Shown here: piece after piece, positions 40,733-55,914 of the stretch
Layout: each line of letters begins with the position of its first letter
Position numbering within the stretch: position 1 is the stretch's first letter
Origin: Octopus vulgaris
Taxonomy: Eukaryota
Assembly: GCA_951406725.2 (NCBI GenBank)
Contig: OX597828.1
Location: forward strand, 23,064,001-23,128,000
DNA length: 64,000 nucleotides
Reading direction: 5' to 3'
Notes under the pieces: generated by a model
What the model was told of the DNA's origin: nothing
Database searches by the model: none
Seen by the model: only the letters and a program-made list of their open reading frames with translations
Translations under genes and position numbers: made by a program

Positions 40733-41058
40733 GACCCGAGTCCGGATACCGCTGGGACCATGAGAAAAAGAACGCTCACACCTGGGTAATTCGAGCGCTC
40801 CCCAATATACCCAGCTGGAAACGGGTACTTAGCCCCTCTCAGGACCGCAGCACACGTCACAGCAGTGCTAAAAACCAGAGAAACCAATCCCACCTAAGGC
40901 GTACGAAAACGGACAGCAAGTGGACATCCGGGAATCATGACTCGGTTGTGGCCCGGCCCCACTAGAGTGTCAGGAGTTAAGGGCCGAAACACTTGGCTAA
41001 AGGGGTTTCTCCTCTGAGGACCACCTGCTGTTGCGCTCTCCCCGAGTTTCTTTCCACG
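40733..41058 (-). mobile_element. GC-rich insert in a degenerate (ATAAT)n tract, probably the 3' end of a non-LTR element
   Basis: Sharp composition shift with ATAAT-like units on both sides. The minus strand gives an ORF end (…RWSSEEKPL*), then a structured ~260-nt segment and an ATTAT-like tail. Confidence 0.45.
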
Positions 41059-41129
41059 TAGTATAACATAATGTAATATAAAATGATATATGCCCAATAT
41101 AAAAGGATGTAGTAGAATTAATAATAAAT

Positions 41130-41518
41130 GTTACTTTCAGGATAATCAGAAACTTTAAAAATATAATTATACATAGATATTTAGGTTCTTTTCCTGAAGC
41201 TTCCAAATGTTTAAAAGCACAACGGGAAGATATCCAGTGGGAGAAGCATATAGAGAAGAAATTTAAAATGCCAGGTTTACCTCTGTATTTTTCATAGAGG
41301 AAACGAGATAATGAAGGTGTTTCGAAATGGTGATTAGATCTGCTGGAAAAAGTAGTGAAAACACTATCAAAACACACCACGCCAGCTGATAAACGATAAA
41401 AGTCAATAATGCTTTTAAGAGCAGACTTTCATGGAAACTGCAGCACAAGAGACAATATATATGAATAAAAGACAGGATGCCCATGGATGATATTCAAAGT
41501 TGCGACATATAAAAATTA
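41130..41518 (+). mobile_element. Second decayed Gypsy RT fragment, paralogous to ~38780-38940
   Basis: RYPV, KMPG..YFS, HTTP and MDDI (41483-41494). 41370-41518 aligns at the nucleotide level with ~38784-38939. Confidence 0.65.
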
Positions 41519-42015
41519 AGTGTAATCATTCAATCACTATATAATAAAGACTATGTGGAGGCCATTATATATGGCCGCCATATATTTTACAAATCATATC
41601 ATGCTCTTTACACGATATATAGGCTTAAATGCAATGAATTTGGCAAATTTTCAGGTTTGGACGGGAGGAAGTAGAAGTACGATCAAGGCTAACCTTGAGA
41701 CATACATAAATGATTGCATGTACATTGTCTGAAGTCATTGATGCGATGAGGAATGATTATGGGTGAAAGTTGCATCGTACTTTGAAAGTTTTGTTTATGG
41801 AAGAATAATTCTCAATGGGCATATATATATATATATATATATAATTTTCTTTGAGTATCTAATACCACGTGTTCTAATTTTATTATTACGTTGTAGGCCG
41901 TCAATATATAAAGAATTACTGATTCTAATGCAACGATTATTAAGTGTAAACGAAACAAACGTTTGACAGTACGTTTTAACCGGAGAAATCCATTGCAAGT
42001 CATGTGAGGGCATAC

Positions 42016-42080
<65 letters not shown>

Positions 42081-42344
42081 GATATATACTTACACAAATG
42101 TATATACACGTATACACATATATATTATTCATATATGTACATATATGCATAGATATAGTTACAGAGATACATACATGCACGCACATACGATTTCCAACAG
42201 AGCGACAGGGACTAGTACGACATTTCCCAACCTCTGAAGAATACAAAACTTGAACCCAGCAGGATTTGACTCCAAAATGAACTTAGCGGATGTTTTGATT
42301 CCGTCAGCAGATCGTCGATGTACACACACACACACACAAACATA

Positions 42345-42417
<73 letters not shown>

Positions 42418-42450
42418 TACATACACACAAATATATGTATTTATACACAA

Positions 42451-42483
<33 letters not shown>

Positions 42484-42486
42484 CAT

Positions 42487-42517
<31 letters not shown>

Positions 42518-42536
42518 CAAATATATGTATATATAT

Positions 42537-42572
<36 letters not shown>

Positions 42573-43311
42573 GTATGTAAGCATGTACTTACATACATAC
42601 ATCCATACATACTTACATATATAATTCTGTATAGTGAGACGCTTTGATAAGTAAAGCAATTTATGGAGATTTTGCCAAATTAGGCAATGAATTTCTTTAG
42701 GAGTAAAGGTCAAAACAGCTGTCTTTGCTTACAGATGTGTATATATCCTAACACTACAGATTTCACGATGGTTCGGATGTGTGTGTGCGTGTTGTCTGCT
42801 TCTATGCAGGTAATCTTATCTGTGTACGAGTGTATTTCTCTGTGTGTGTCTATGGCTTTATTACACTCTTCTGTCTGCGTGTTCCTCTATATGTTTGTTC
42901 CTACGTGACTTACTCTAATTGTCGTTGTCGAGTTCAGTAATATGCCGGGATTTTCAGCAGCAAATTACAACTACAAGAGACTCAGTAAGATACAGCCATC
43001 TTTGCTACTTTTATACACAGTGACACACAAACATATACATAACATACACATAAAAGCACATATGTATAAATACACACGCAACCATAAGATATATACATAT
43101 TTTGTATTTGTGTGTGTGTGTGTGACTATGCGGTTGTGAGCATGATTGTTTGTGTGTCTATTTGTGTGTGTCTACGCAAGTGCATATATATTATATAAGG
43201 CATTTAATATAGCCTTAATGTACATAATGCCGTTTGAATATTTATATATACACACACATATATATATTCAAAAAGATGTATATTTACATATACCTACATA
43301 ATGGATATATG

Positions 43312-43354
<43 letters not shown>

Positions 43355-43494
43355 GTAGGCATATGTAAACATATATATATTTGTATATATGTGTGTAAAT
43401 ATATATATGTAATGTAGGCGTATGTAAATATATCTGTATTTGAGTGGCTATATATATATTTACATTATATCGGCATATGTAACTATATAGGTAT

Positions 43495-43514
43495 TTAGAC
43501 GGAAACTAAAATAA

Positions 43515-43560
<46 letters not shown>

Positions 43561-43764
43561 AGTGTGTATATATTTGTTTCTATGTGTGTCCTCCCAACAT
43601 CGCTTGACAACCGATGTTGGTGAGTTAACGTCCCCGTAAAATAGCGGTTCGGCAGAAGAGACCGATAGAATAAATACTAGGCTTACAAAGAATAAGTCCT
43701 TGGGTTGATTTGCTCGACGAGAGGCATTGCTCCAGCGTTGCCGCAGTCAAAAGAATAAAAGTAA
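43495..43764 (+). mobile_element. 3' half of a family B SINE
   Basis: TAGACGGAAACT, internal TA tract, then ATCGCTTGACAACCGATG...GCCGCAGTCAAA. Confidence 0.85.
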
Positions 43765-43803
43765 ATGAACATGTATAAATATATATAAAGGACACACACA
43801 CAC

Positions 43804-43847
<44 letters not shown>

Positions 43848-44473
43848 GTTTGTGTGTGTTCATCTCTGCACACAGTTGCGTTTATTCGCGTGTGCGTGTT
43901 TGGTAATCCGTCGACATGTCCGATATGACGGCTATGCTGAATTTTGGGCTGATTTGCTGCTTATGACTGCTTGTACATCTGCCTGCTTATATGTTTGTTT
44001 GTCTGTAACAGTCTTTTCGCATCTTCACACACACATACGTATACTGCGTCTATATACCGCACGTATATAGATGTGTGTAACATTGCGTGCATGATTGTGT
44101 GCCTGTTGATTCGTACGTATACGATGCGAAAATATACACGGATTACATGAAGTGACTCACGTTACCTTCACACAATATGTATGCGGCGTAAGTAACAAAA
44201 GTAAAGATCTAGAGACAAATAGTATGAGGTGAGGTATACGAGACGGTGAGTAAAGAAAGGAAACTGGGAGAGATGGAATTGAAAGAATCGTTGCGATGCC
44301 GTTTAATATAAGAGATAAGGTTGTGGTGATTGCAAGTCTAGATTAAATAGGTGTAGCAGTCTACACGGTCATATTACCTTTGCCTTTAATTAAATTCTAA
44401 CACGGCTGGGGAGTTCCCTCACGGCAGAGGTAATTAGATAGGCGGATAGATAAACATAAGGATATCCAGCGCG

Positions 44474-44606
<133 letters not shown>

Positions 44607-44692
44607 CATATATATATATACTTATGTATATATATATACATATATATAAATACATATATACATTTGCATATATGTATATATGCATGTGTGGG

Positions 44693-44732
<40 letters not shown>

Positions 44733-45686
44733 GTAGTGTCTGTGTTTCTGTATGTATGTGTATAAATGCACAAACGTATATAGTCAAATAAATGATTACA
44801 TATATATATATATATATACATACATGCATACATGCATATATATATATATATGTATGTATGTATGTTTGTATGTATGTATGTATGTATGTATATACATACA
44901 CACACAGTCACACACACACATATATATACATCCCTGTACATATACAAATTGATAGACGTATACGCATGCTTAAAGTGTGTAACACATACTTATACGTAAA
45001 TGTATAGGAAAAGACTGGAGTGTTATTAAAATCTGTGGCGTTAGCGAATCAGTGGCTAGAGTCTCTCGCTTCGAAATAAAAGTAAAAATAGAAGAAGCCG
45101 TTGCACCAAAGCAAACATCAGAGGTATTTTGCTAGCTCTAGCATCTCTGTAGTATAGAGTGTGTTAAAACTGATCATTTATTATTAGATATGTTATATAG
45201 GTAAGAGTAAATAGAACAACTTGTAATCCGGTGCTGCTTCAAATGTTGACCACACGAACAACGTCGATGTGATCGTGTGTAACGTATACGTATATGCATA
45301 AATACATATGAGTGTGTGTGAGTGTGTGTATACGGCCTTATGTATGTGCGTATGCAATAAAAAGTCCTGCTCTCTAAAACTCGTGTTCGTTATTTGCTTA
45401 TATACCAGTGTCTAGGTATGTCAGCGTACCTACGTACACGAATTTATAACTCTCTCCTTCTCATCTCTTTCTCCTACACCGCTCACTCTCTCTCTCTCTC
45501 CCTCTAGTTTCTCTGTTTCTGAATGTGTTTTTCCTTTGACTAGCCGTTACGGCATTGTTTAAAGGATATTGGTATCTAGATTACATAAATATACTTTCTA
45601 TTTTCGTATATTCATTCTTCTAGCATGTCATAGAAATGCGTAACAACATACGGAAATGAGGACGTATGATATATATATATATATAT

Positions 45687-45775
<89 letters not shown>

Positions 45776-45776
45776 T

Positions 45777-45807
<31 letters not shown>

Positions 45808-45817
45808 TAGATTGATT

Positions 45818-45905
<88 letters not shown>

Positions 45906-46155
45906 TAGTGTCTTCTAAGTGTGCGTCATTTTACATAGGTGTACATACTTCTATATATGTATGTATACACAAACATATTTGTATGTAGAAGCGAATGTTC
46001 TTTTATACACCTATGCATATAGATATGATGTATTTGTTATAAATATATTTGTATATTATATATGCATATACATACGTATTTAAATGCATGCATACCTACC
46101 TACCTTATACATACATACATACGTACATACATACATACATACATACATACATACA

Positions 46156-46189
<34 letters not shown>

Positions 46190-46954
46190 CATACATACAT
46201 ACAAACGTATGCATGTACACGCTCAATTTTTTATGAATCAGTCATTTTGAAAACGCCTGCATCACATATCAAAGAGTGATATATAAAAAAAAAAAACAAT
46301 TGTTAAAATCAGTAGATTTGAATCCATTTGAGCATAATTTATTTGAAATTTGTTTTATTTATTTCTCATAATTCAAGTAAATACCCAACAAATATTCTAT
46401 AAAATATTCTTCATAACATTTTCACTGAATGTTACGTGTTACGCAATCGAGTTTTCAGAATTCACTTTTCTGTATCTTTAAGTTTGTCTGTCTCTGCAGT
46501 CTTTAGTTGTAACATGAATAATTTATAATAAAAACCACCATTGCTGTTGCTATTTCTATTTACCCTTCGGTTAGCATTGCTTCTACACTGTACCACACAG
46601 ATTTCAACAATTATTATTAATACAAGCAATACAGATAACACATAGCAGTTTTAAAATATAAGAACAGACAAGATATACCAGTCGTAAACGAAAATAAACA
46701 CGTCTTTATTTTCCTTTATTAATGCAGTATGTTGTTGGATGTTAATGTTAAAAATCTAACGGTCGAAATTCAAATGCCAGTGGAAAGGCATAGGCGAGAA
46801 ACATTCCTCCGACGTGATATAAAGTGGTGTCGACACACACACGCATTTTTTTTTATGCTGCAGACGTAGAATTTAGAAGTGTAAAAATGTTGCTGCAATA
46901 GGACCAATAACATTACTGATCCAAACGAAATGCAAAGTCCTCCTATGTTTAAAG

Positions 46955-47028
<74 letters not shown>

Positions 47029-47221
47029 ATTGGTACAAAAAAAACAACAAATATGAAACTAAAAGCAGAGTCTACAAGAAAAGCTGGCCTAACATCCGTA
47101 CATCAATAGATGCACACATAAATATGCATACATACCTATATACACACATACAAATACACATACCTACATACATAAGTATACACATATACAAACATATATA
47201 CATGTGTGTGTGTGTACATAA

Positions 47222-47288
<67 letters not shown>

Positions 47289-47422
47289 ATATATATATAT
47301 ATATATGTAAACGTACACGAATAGACACACACACACATATATAAGGCAACCAATCAAACACACGCACAGACGCATACCACACAGACACACTCACATGTAT
47401 ATATGTATGTTTGTATTTATGA

Positions 47423-47496
<74 letters not shown>

Positions 47497-48276
47497 TATG
47501 TGTGTGCGTGTGTGTGTATACAAATACATACACCCACATACACACATATACACACATGCAGGCACACTAATAGTCAAGCACATAAATAAGGCTACCAAGC
47601 TAACCTACATTTCCAGGCAAAAATCTCCACCGCTCACCCACACTATCAACTCAACTCCAATCATGGATATATATACATCATATTTCTATCCAACCCTCTC
47701 AGACTATATTAGGTTATCTCCTCTTTATATCTCCTTCACAAAAAATTATAGCTGGACAAATATTTCTTCAGATATTCTATTGTAGTGTAGTTTGCTGAAT
47801 TTTTATTTTTTATTCTTCTTTTTTTTTCGTTTTTATTCATCCATTTTACTTTTTATTTATTCATTTATTTATTTATTTATTTCGATCTTTCTTGTTTATT
47901 TCTCTATATTTCGTATATTATGTTTTGATTTATTTTGTTTAAGTTTTCGTTTGATACTTTCATTATTTATATGTGCTATTGATCACTTCTTTGATCTTCA
48001 TCATCCAACTCCATCATTGCAGCTTCATCCTATCTCACACCTCGTCTTTTCTCTTCCTTAAACAATTACACAACACGTCAGCCATAGTTGCTTTGATTTT
48101 GTATGATATTGTTGTGGGTTTTTCTAGATTTCTATATACTATATTTTTCGCTTAGATAACTCATAATCTTTAATATATATGTTGATATATATATATATAT
48201 GTATGTATGTATGTATGTATAGACATACACCCAACTATACATATATATTGTATATATAAATACATAAATATATATA

Positions 48277-48335
<59 letters not shown>

Positions 48336-48350
48336 ATATATGTATGTATG

Positions 48351-48397
<47 letters not shown>

Positions 48398-48508
48398 TTT
48401 GTGTGCCATGAGTGAGTGTGCACATATCTGTTATGAAATACATATGTATATATAAAGAGAGATACATATTTATGCAGAAATATATCTATCTGTATAAGCC
48501 TATACGTA

Positions 48509-48553
<45 letters not shown>

Positions 48554-48561
48554 TGTTATTA

Positions 48562-48818
48562 TTTTACCTGTTTCACTCATTTCACTGCGGCCATGCTGGA
48601 ACACCGCCTTTAGTCGAGCAAATTGAGCCCTGGACTCACTTATTCTTCGTAAGCCCAGTACTTATTGTATCAGTTTCTTTTGCCGAACCATTAAGTCACG
48701 GGGACGTAAACACATCAGCATTCGTTGTCAAGCGATGTTGGGGGAGAAGCACAGAAACTCAATCATACACACACGTGGCGGGTAAGCAAACTACTTACCA
48801 CACAGCCTATCCTGCACC
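48562..48818 (-). mobile_element. Internally deleted family B SINE
   Basis: CTGCGGCCATGCTGGAACACCGCCTTTAGTCGAGCAAAT...TTACCACACAGCC. Confidence 0.85.
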
Positions 48819-48860
48819 CATAAATATATACATGTGTGTGTGTGTGTGTTTGTGCGTGTG

Positions 48861-48920
<60 letters not shown>

Positions 48921-49449
48921 GTGGGTGTGTGTGTGCGCGTGTATGTGTGGGTGTGTATGCATGCATGTATTTTAATATGTGGTTGAATGCGTCGGTGAGT
49001 CAGAATTTGGTGAGTGAGTGAGTCAGTCATTGAGAGAGTGAGCGAGTGGTTGAGTGCTTGTGCTTGTGTACCTGCGTGTACACCTGTGTCATATGTGTCT
49101 ATGTGATTTGTTCTATTTTTAGAGACTGTCTGCTGGTATACGTATAGTAAATTCCCCCACGAGACCCCACTTTTTTTCTATGAACCTATCCCTTTTAGAC
49201 ACTACTAACACCGAGAATCCTAATCCAATAACTTTTGCTATCTTCTAATCTCAGTATCTAAAATCACATCTCACTGTGTATCTCTGAAATAGAACAGAAT
49301 TTTGTACACATTTGTCTGTGCGTATGCATTTGTGTATGTATGTATGTATGTATGTATATATGTAGGTATGTATGTATGTATGTAGGTATGTATGTATGTA
49401 TGTATGTATGTATTTATGAATGTATGTATGTATGTACGTATGTATATGT

Positions 49450-49828
49450 GGAGGCGCAATGGCCCATTGGATAGGGCAGCGGACTCGCAGTCATACGGTT
49501 GCGGTTTCTATTCCCAGACCGGGCGTTGTGAGAGTTTTTTAAGCGAAAACACCTAAAGCTCCACGAAGTTCCGGCAAGGGGTGGTGGCGAACGCTGCTGT
49601 ACTCTTTCACCACAACTTTGTCAAGCTCTTTCTTCCTGTTTATGTTGTACATGTATTTCAAAGGGCCAGCTCTGTCACACTGGGTGTCACACAGAATTTC
49701 CCCGTGACTTACGTTAAGGGTACAATTGTCTGAGGAACTGCTCAGCCACTTGCAAGTTAATTTCACAAGCAGGCTGTTCCGTTGATCAGATAAACTGGAA
49801 CACTCGACGTCGTAACCGACGGAGTGTC
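49450..49828 (+). mobile_element. tRNA-derived SINE, family D
   Basis: Head GGAGGCGCAATGGCCCATTGGATAGGGCAGCGGACTCGC with a degenerate B-box. The 3' half is shared with 60670-60995. Confidence 0.82.
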
Positions 49829-49843
49829 TATATATATATATAC

Positions 49844-49941
<98 letters not shown>

Positions 49942-50067
49942 AATATATATATATATAATATATATATATTATATATTATATATATATATAATATATATAT
50001 ATAACATATGTAATATATATATATTTATATATATATATATATATAGAATATATATATATAACATATG

Positions 50068-50099
<32 letters not shown>

Positions 50100-50330
50100 C
50101 TTACCTACACATACAAAGAGAGTATGTGTAAGAGAGAGAAATAAATAAACAAAAATAAATACACAAGCATATATATCTACGTGTGCGTGTGTGTGTGTTT
50201 ACGAATAAGTGAAATTGACATATATACATACACACACTCACACACATATATATGTATGTATGTATATACATATATATATATGTGTGTGTGTGTGTGTATA
50301 CATACAGAGAGCGAGAGAGAGAGAGAGTGA

Positions 50331-50560
50331 GATATGGTTAGTGCTGGTTGCAAGACGTATGGCAAAACTGAAGGTGTAGTTAATCGTTGAAAGGTCGAGA
50401 TAGATGAATATAAAATGGACATAATCCATAGCAAGATCGTTGCAAGTACATCACAAAGTACATTGTGCATAGTTCGCCGCATAGACAGATGCAATTACAA
50501 GCAAAAAACGAAGAGGAAATAATATTAACAGAAAAGTTCAAATACCTATAACCATGGTTT
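50331..50560 (+). pseudogene. Decayed non-LTR (RTE-like) reverse transcriptase fragment, domains 5-7
   Basis: DMV...[19 protein letters not shown]...[12 protein letters not shown] matches the ADD...GMxINxxKT...FKYLG region. Confidence 0.55.
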
Positions 50561-50622
50561 CTTATACGCACAGGGTGAGAAGTACTGAAACGGAGAATCA
50601 CACACACACACATACACACACA

Positions 50623-50728
<106 letters not shown>

Positions 50729-51264
50729 CATATATATACATATTTGTGTACATATATATGTATGTATATATATGCATATATACATATATATGTATATATA
50801 TAAGTATGCATATATTTGCATACATACCTCCCCCTCACACACACAAACACACACATATATATATATATATAATTTCAATTACATGAATACCTACACAACA
50901 ATTATATAAATACATATTTATATATATATGTGTGCGTGCGCGTGTGTGTTTGTATGCATATGTTTATGTATATGCAGATATATACCTATCTGTGTGTTAG
51001 TATGTGTGTGTAGGTTTACTTGTATATAATTGCATTATATATATATAAACAGTGATATCTGATCTGTGTTGTTTTATTGATTTTGTTCCTGATTTGATTT
51101 TTATATATCTGAATTATGTTGATTTCTGAATCGAATTACGCAAATCTTTACATACATATATACATTCATATATAAACACAGTATTTTACGTATAGATATA
51201 TCTGTATAAATATCTATGCACACATATATATAGAAATATACATAGACACACACACGTATATATG

Positions 51265-51339
<75 letters not shown>

Positions 51340-52212
51340 ATTCATGTATATGTACGAATGCACAGGCGCGCGCACGCACATTTCTACACACTCCGACGTA
51401 CGTATTTAATATATACAGGTTTGCGTATCAATCCAACAATCTGCTGACGTTTCTTCATCTCTGCTTAAAACTCAACACACTTATAATACACGTATAAGTA
51501 CGTATGTATATGTGTATATGTTTAATGTGTGTATATCTGTATGTGTACGTATTTCGTATGCGTAATATCTTTGATACGATGTAGTTTCAACATACATATT
51601 GATTTCTTTCCCGTCTGCCCATGAAAATAGCATAACTTTGTCCACTTTATTCCATTTATAATAATAAGACTATTTTACTGAACGTTGTATAGTATGACCT
51701 TGATCTGTGTCACTAATAAACATTGTAATTTAAGCAAATATGACACCAAAAGGAAAAAAAAATAACGTTTATTTAGGCACATATTGTCTGAGGGAACAGT
51801 GCATTACATTGTAGCTGCCTAGCAACATGGGGTCTGTCTATATAGGTACATAGTACCTCCAGTGTTATTAAATTCTGGTTTTACTTTCTAGATGCCTTTT
51901 TTTGTGTATCGATCTTCCTATCTTCAAATCGTCATTGACCTATCCCCGTCATGTTACCTTCAACAATTCTGCCTCCGCTTTCCGTTCCGTGTTTCAATAT
52001 GACGTATGTCTTTCCAGGCACCTCTTGTATTTTCTTAACGTAGCTTCTCCCCATTTCTTGATCTTACCGGGATTTGAACTTAGAAAGTAGTGTCGGGAAA
52101 ATGGCGCTTTTCCTCTGTCACATAACTAGTTTTGCTAGCTCGCTGCCTTATATTAAGAACAACAATTACAATAACAACGACAACGACGACGTCGAAACAA
52201 CAATGACAAAAA

Positions 52213-52246
<34 letters not shown>

Positions 52247-52260
52247 CAGCAACAACAATA

Positions 52261-52315
<55 letters not shown>

Positions 52316-52317
<2 letters not shown>

Positions 52318-52858
52318 TGGCTTCTGATCTTAGCAGATTGGAAGTGTTATCATGTACATTGTTTTGTCTTGGTATAAAAGATGGGCTACAGCAAATATTC
52401 TGCTCAATACCACAGATTTGCTTGTCAGTTGTTTGACCTTAACCAGTTGAGCATGTCCCTTAGTGGCTGACGATATGTGCATCTCTGATCACGAGCAGAA
52501 GTAGTGGGGGAGCATCATAGCCATGTGTTGAGAGGGATTCTTTGGGGTTTGAATAGTTCACCTCTGGAAAAATGGGTGGTTCTTTCAACATCCTTAAACA
52601 ACCCCTATTCAGGGACCGTATTAGCGGGATGGGCTACTCAGCCTGAAGAAAATTCTAACTGGGCCCCACCTGCAAGGTCATGTGCTGTTTATCTTGATAT
52701 GAGATCACCATGTCGCGCACATATGGTAGTGATGCATGTGCCTAGTGTACCTTTATCAGACGGGTAGTCATGATGGGTATATTGGGCTTCGTATAATTTA
52801 CCCAAGTGTCACTTTGATGGCATGAACTGCTCTCTCACTCAATAATAATAATAATAAT
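52316..52858 (+). mobile_element. LINE 3'-end repeat with an (AAT)n tail in a TAA tract, copy 1 (Dong/R4-like, inferred)
   Basis: Preceded and followed by (AAT)n; ends CTCTCTCACTC-AATAAT. Paralogs at 52859 and 53396. Confidence 0.7.
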
Positions 52859-53198
52859 CATGTTGAATAATTCACCTCTGGAAACATGGGTGTTTCGTTC
52901 AACATCCTTAAACAACCCTTATTCAGGGACCTTTTGAGCGGGATGTGTTACTCGACCAGAAGAAAATTCTAACTGGGCCCCACCTGCAAGGTCATGCGCT
53001 GTTAATATTGATATGAGATCACCATGTCGAGCACATATGGTTTTGATACATGTGCCTAGTGTACCCTTATCAGACGGGTAGTCATGATGGATATACTGGG
53101 CTTTGTATATTTTACCCCAGTATCACTTTGATGGCTTGCACTGCTCTTTCACTCAATAATAATAATCATAATCATAATAATAATGATAATAATAACAA
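52859..53198 (+). mobile_element. 5'-truncated copy 2 of the (AAT)n-tailed element
   Basis: TTGAATAATTCACCTCTGGAAA...TCACTC-AATAAT aligns with ~52549-52840. Confidence 0.8.
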
Positions 53199-53380
53199 TG
53201 GTTTCAAATGTTGCCACACGGGCAGCAATTTTGAAGGGAGGGGATGAGTCAATTCTATCGACCCTAGCTGGTACTTATTCTATTGATTCCGAAAAGAATT
53301 TGAACTCAGATGTTGCAGACGGATGGAATGCTGCTAAGCATTAATCACGACGCGCTAACGATTTTGCCAGCTCGCCGCCT
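53199..53380 (-). mobile_element. Family A SINE inserted in the AAT tail
   Basis: Ends GCTAACGATTTTGCCAGCTCGCCGCCT, the reverse complement of the family A head. Confidence 0.8.
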
Positions 53381-53395
53381 TATCAATAATACGTA

Positions 53396-53880
53396 GTGGC
53401 TTTCATGGCTTTCGATCTTAAATTTTGGAAGGTTTATCACGTACATATTTTGTCGTGGTGTAAAAGATGGGTTACAGCAAGTATTCTGCTCAATAGCACA
53501 TATTTGCTTTTCAGTAGCTTCACCTTAACTAATTGACCATGTCACTTAGTGACTGATATCATGGACATCTCTAATCACGTGCAGAAACAGTTGAGGAGCA
53601 TCATAGCCATATGTTGAAAAGAATACTTTGGGGGTTGAAGAATTCACCTCTGGAAAAACGGGTGTTTTATTCATCGTCCGTAAACGAAATTTATTCAGGG
53701 GACTTTTAAGCGGAATGGGCTGCTCTACCTGAAGGTAATTTTAACTGGTCCTCACGTTCAAGGTCATGCCTCGTTTCTCTTGATATCAGATCATAATGTA
53801 GCCTAATCAGACAGGGAGTCATGATAGGTTTATTGGGCTTCGTATGTTTGTACCTTACTCAATAATAATAATAACAATAA
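53396..53880 (+). mobile_element. Older, more decayed copy 3 of the (AAT)n-tailed element
   Basis: CATGGCTT...TAAAAGATGGG...AGCATCATAGCC...TTCACCTCTGGAAA...ACTC-AATAAT. Confidence 0.75.
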
Positions 53881-53954
53881 TACAAAATATATGCAGCAAT
53901 GACAATTACTATTTTTATTATTATTCTTGTCTGCTGTTTTTATTGTTGTTGTTT

Positions 53955-53967
53955 GTTATTATTATTA

Positions 53968-54020
<53 letters not shown>

Positions 54021-54054
54021 TTCATTATTATTATTATCATTATTATTATTATTA

Positions 54055-54116
<62 letters not shown>
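53955..54116. repeat. (ATT)n microsatellite
   Basis: Direct reading. Confidence 0.98.
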
Positions 54117-54118
<2 letters not shown>

Positions 54119-54815
54119 AGCACCCCAATCAAATCTATTGCCCAGTTTTACTAAAGCGAAAAATGTATATTGTAACATATTTGTCAATGTTTACGGAAAT
54201 CTTTTGTGAAACGATGCCAAAACACTTTAAATTGATATAATGGCGTTGCACAGCAAGAAAATAATTCCTAAAATGGTTTTTCTTCATACAATTCGATATT
54301 CTTGGCTCTAGAATTCCTAGTATATTCAGGTTTAAAGCATTTATGTTTACACAATTATTGAAATAAAAATTCGAAAAATTAAATGAACAATTACGAACTC
54401 CACAAGTGAAGAGAGAGAATTTGATTAACGTTTCTTTGCAATTCTTGTTGTCAATTATGTTTAATGTATTTTCTCTGTATTCTCTCTGCGTGAAGGATCG
54501 CAATATGATTGCCTTCTGTTATTCCTCTTACTGTTCAATACGCATTCTTGTATGCATATATGTGCGCGTGTGTGTGTGTGTTTGTGTGTGTGCGCCTCTG
54601 CGTATATGTACTTCTGTGTGTGTGTGTATGTGTGTGCCTCTGTGTATGTGTACCTCTGTGTGTGTGTGTGTGTGAGCAGTTCTTTACCAATGCCAAAACC
54701 AATGGCTAAAACCAGTAAGAATGTGTATAAATGTATGTAGGCAAGTGCAGTGTGTATGTGTGTATATACATATATATATCGGGGGATGGAGAGAGAGAGA
54801 GAGTGATATATATAT

Positions 54816-54892
<77 letters not shown>

Positions 54893-55015
54893 CAGATAAA
54901 TAGATAGATAGATATATCGACAGATCGATAAAGATGTATAGATGCATATATAAATTCTCACATATATGTATAATATATTATATATAGATATATATATATA
55001 TAGTATGGCATATTT

Positions 55016-55052
<37 letters not shown>

Positions 55053-55914
55053 TGGCATATTTTATAAATTGTATATATAAATATTTGGTGTGCAAACTAC
55101 ATTGAGTTTAGTTAAATTGTAAAGGCAAACAAATGTAATAATTGTATTATTTGTTTCTTCAGTGTGATCTACACTTTTGTACCTCACAAAGGACCTCAAA
55201 AGAATTAAGAGTTCTAACGTATACGTAGTCCCTACCAAACATGCAATAACCTCAGGTGTCACATTCCGTATTGAAAAACAGAAGCCTACACAAGGGGCGT
55301 TTTCTTTTTCTACTTAGCAACGTTTTATATAATTAAATTTTATTTTCACGAGATATTAAGTTTTTGTAAAAATTGATGGAAGTCTTGTAGTGTATCGCTA
55401 CTTTTTGTAAAACTACAGAATTTAAGTGAGTTATGTTCCATTTATGCACGGATTGAAGGTGTGAATGGAAAGAGAGCATAATTTTAACAACCGTTGTTAG
55501 CACTCGAACACGAATTCACATATACATGAACTCAGATACGTACAGATATGTTTAGTCTTGCATACACATGCTAATCTATATGAAGATAGGCATAAATTAA
55601 GTCATAAATATTGGATTAGCTTATCTATTTCAACTTATAATTATCATGTAATCTATCCTTCTTACATCTATCATATACTTATCTCTCATAGATTACCTCC
55701 GGTATCTATCGAGATCATATCGCTCACTAGATATTCATATAATTACTTATACCGTCGCATCTCATTCCTTGATTTCATCAGTAATACCATATTAAAAGTA
55801 CATTTTGCTCGAAAACTCACTAAATCCTATTATTTTAACATACAGAATTTTATGAGATTGCTTTTACAGGCCCAACTGAGCTGAAAAACAAACTACTGAC
55901 TCTCATATTGCACA

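Noticed and set aside
40735-40761. Minus-strand similarity to the HDV genomic ribozyme (CATGGTCCCAGC...CGCCGGCT)
   Set aside because: The P1 5' strand, the P3 pairing and the P4/J4-2 region are absent, so the double pseudoknot cannot form; treated as coincidence.
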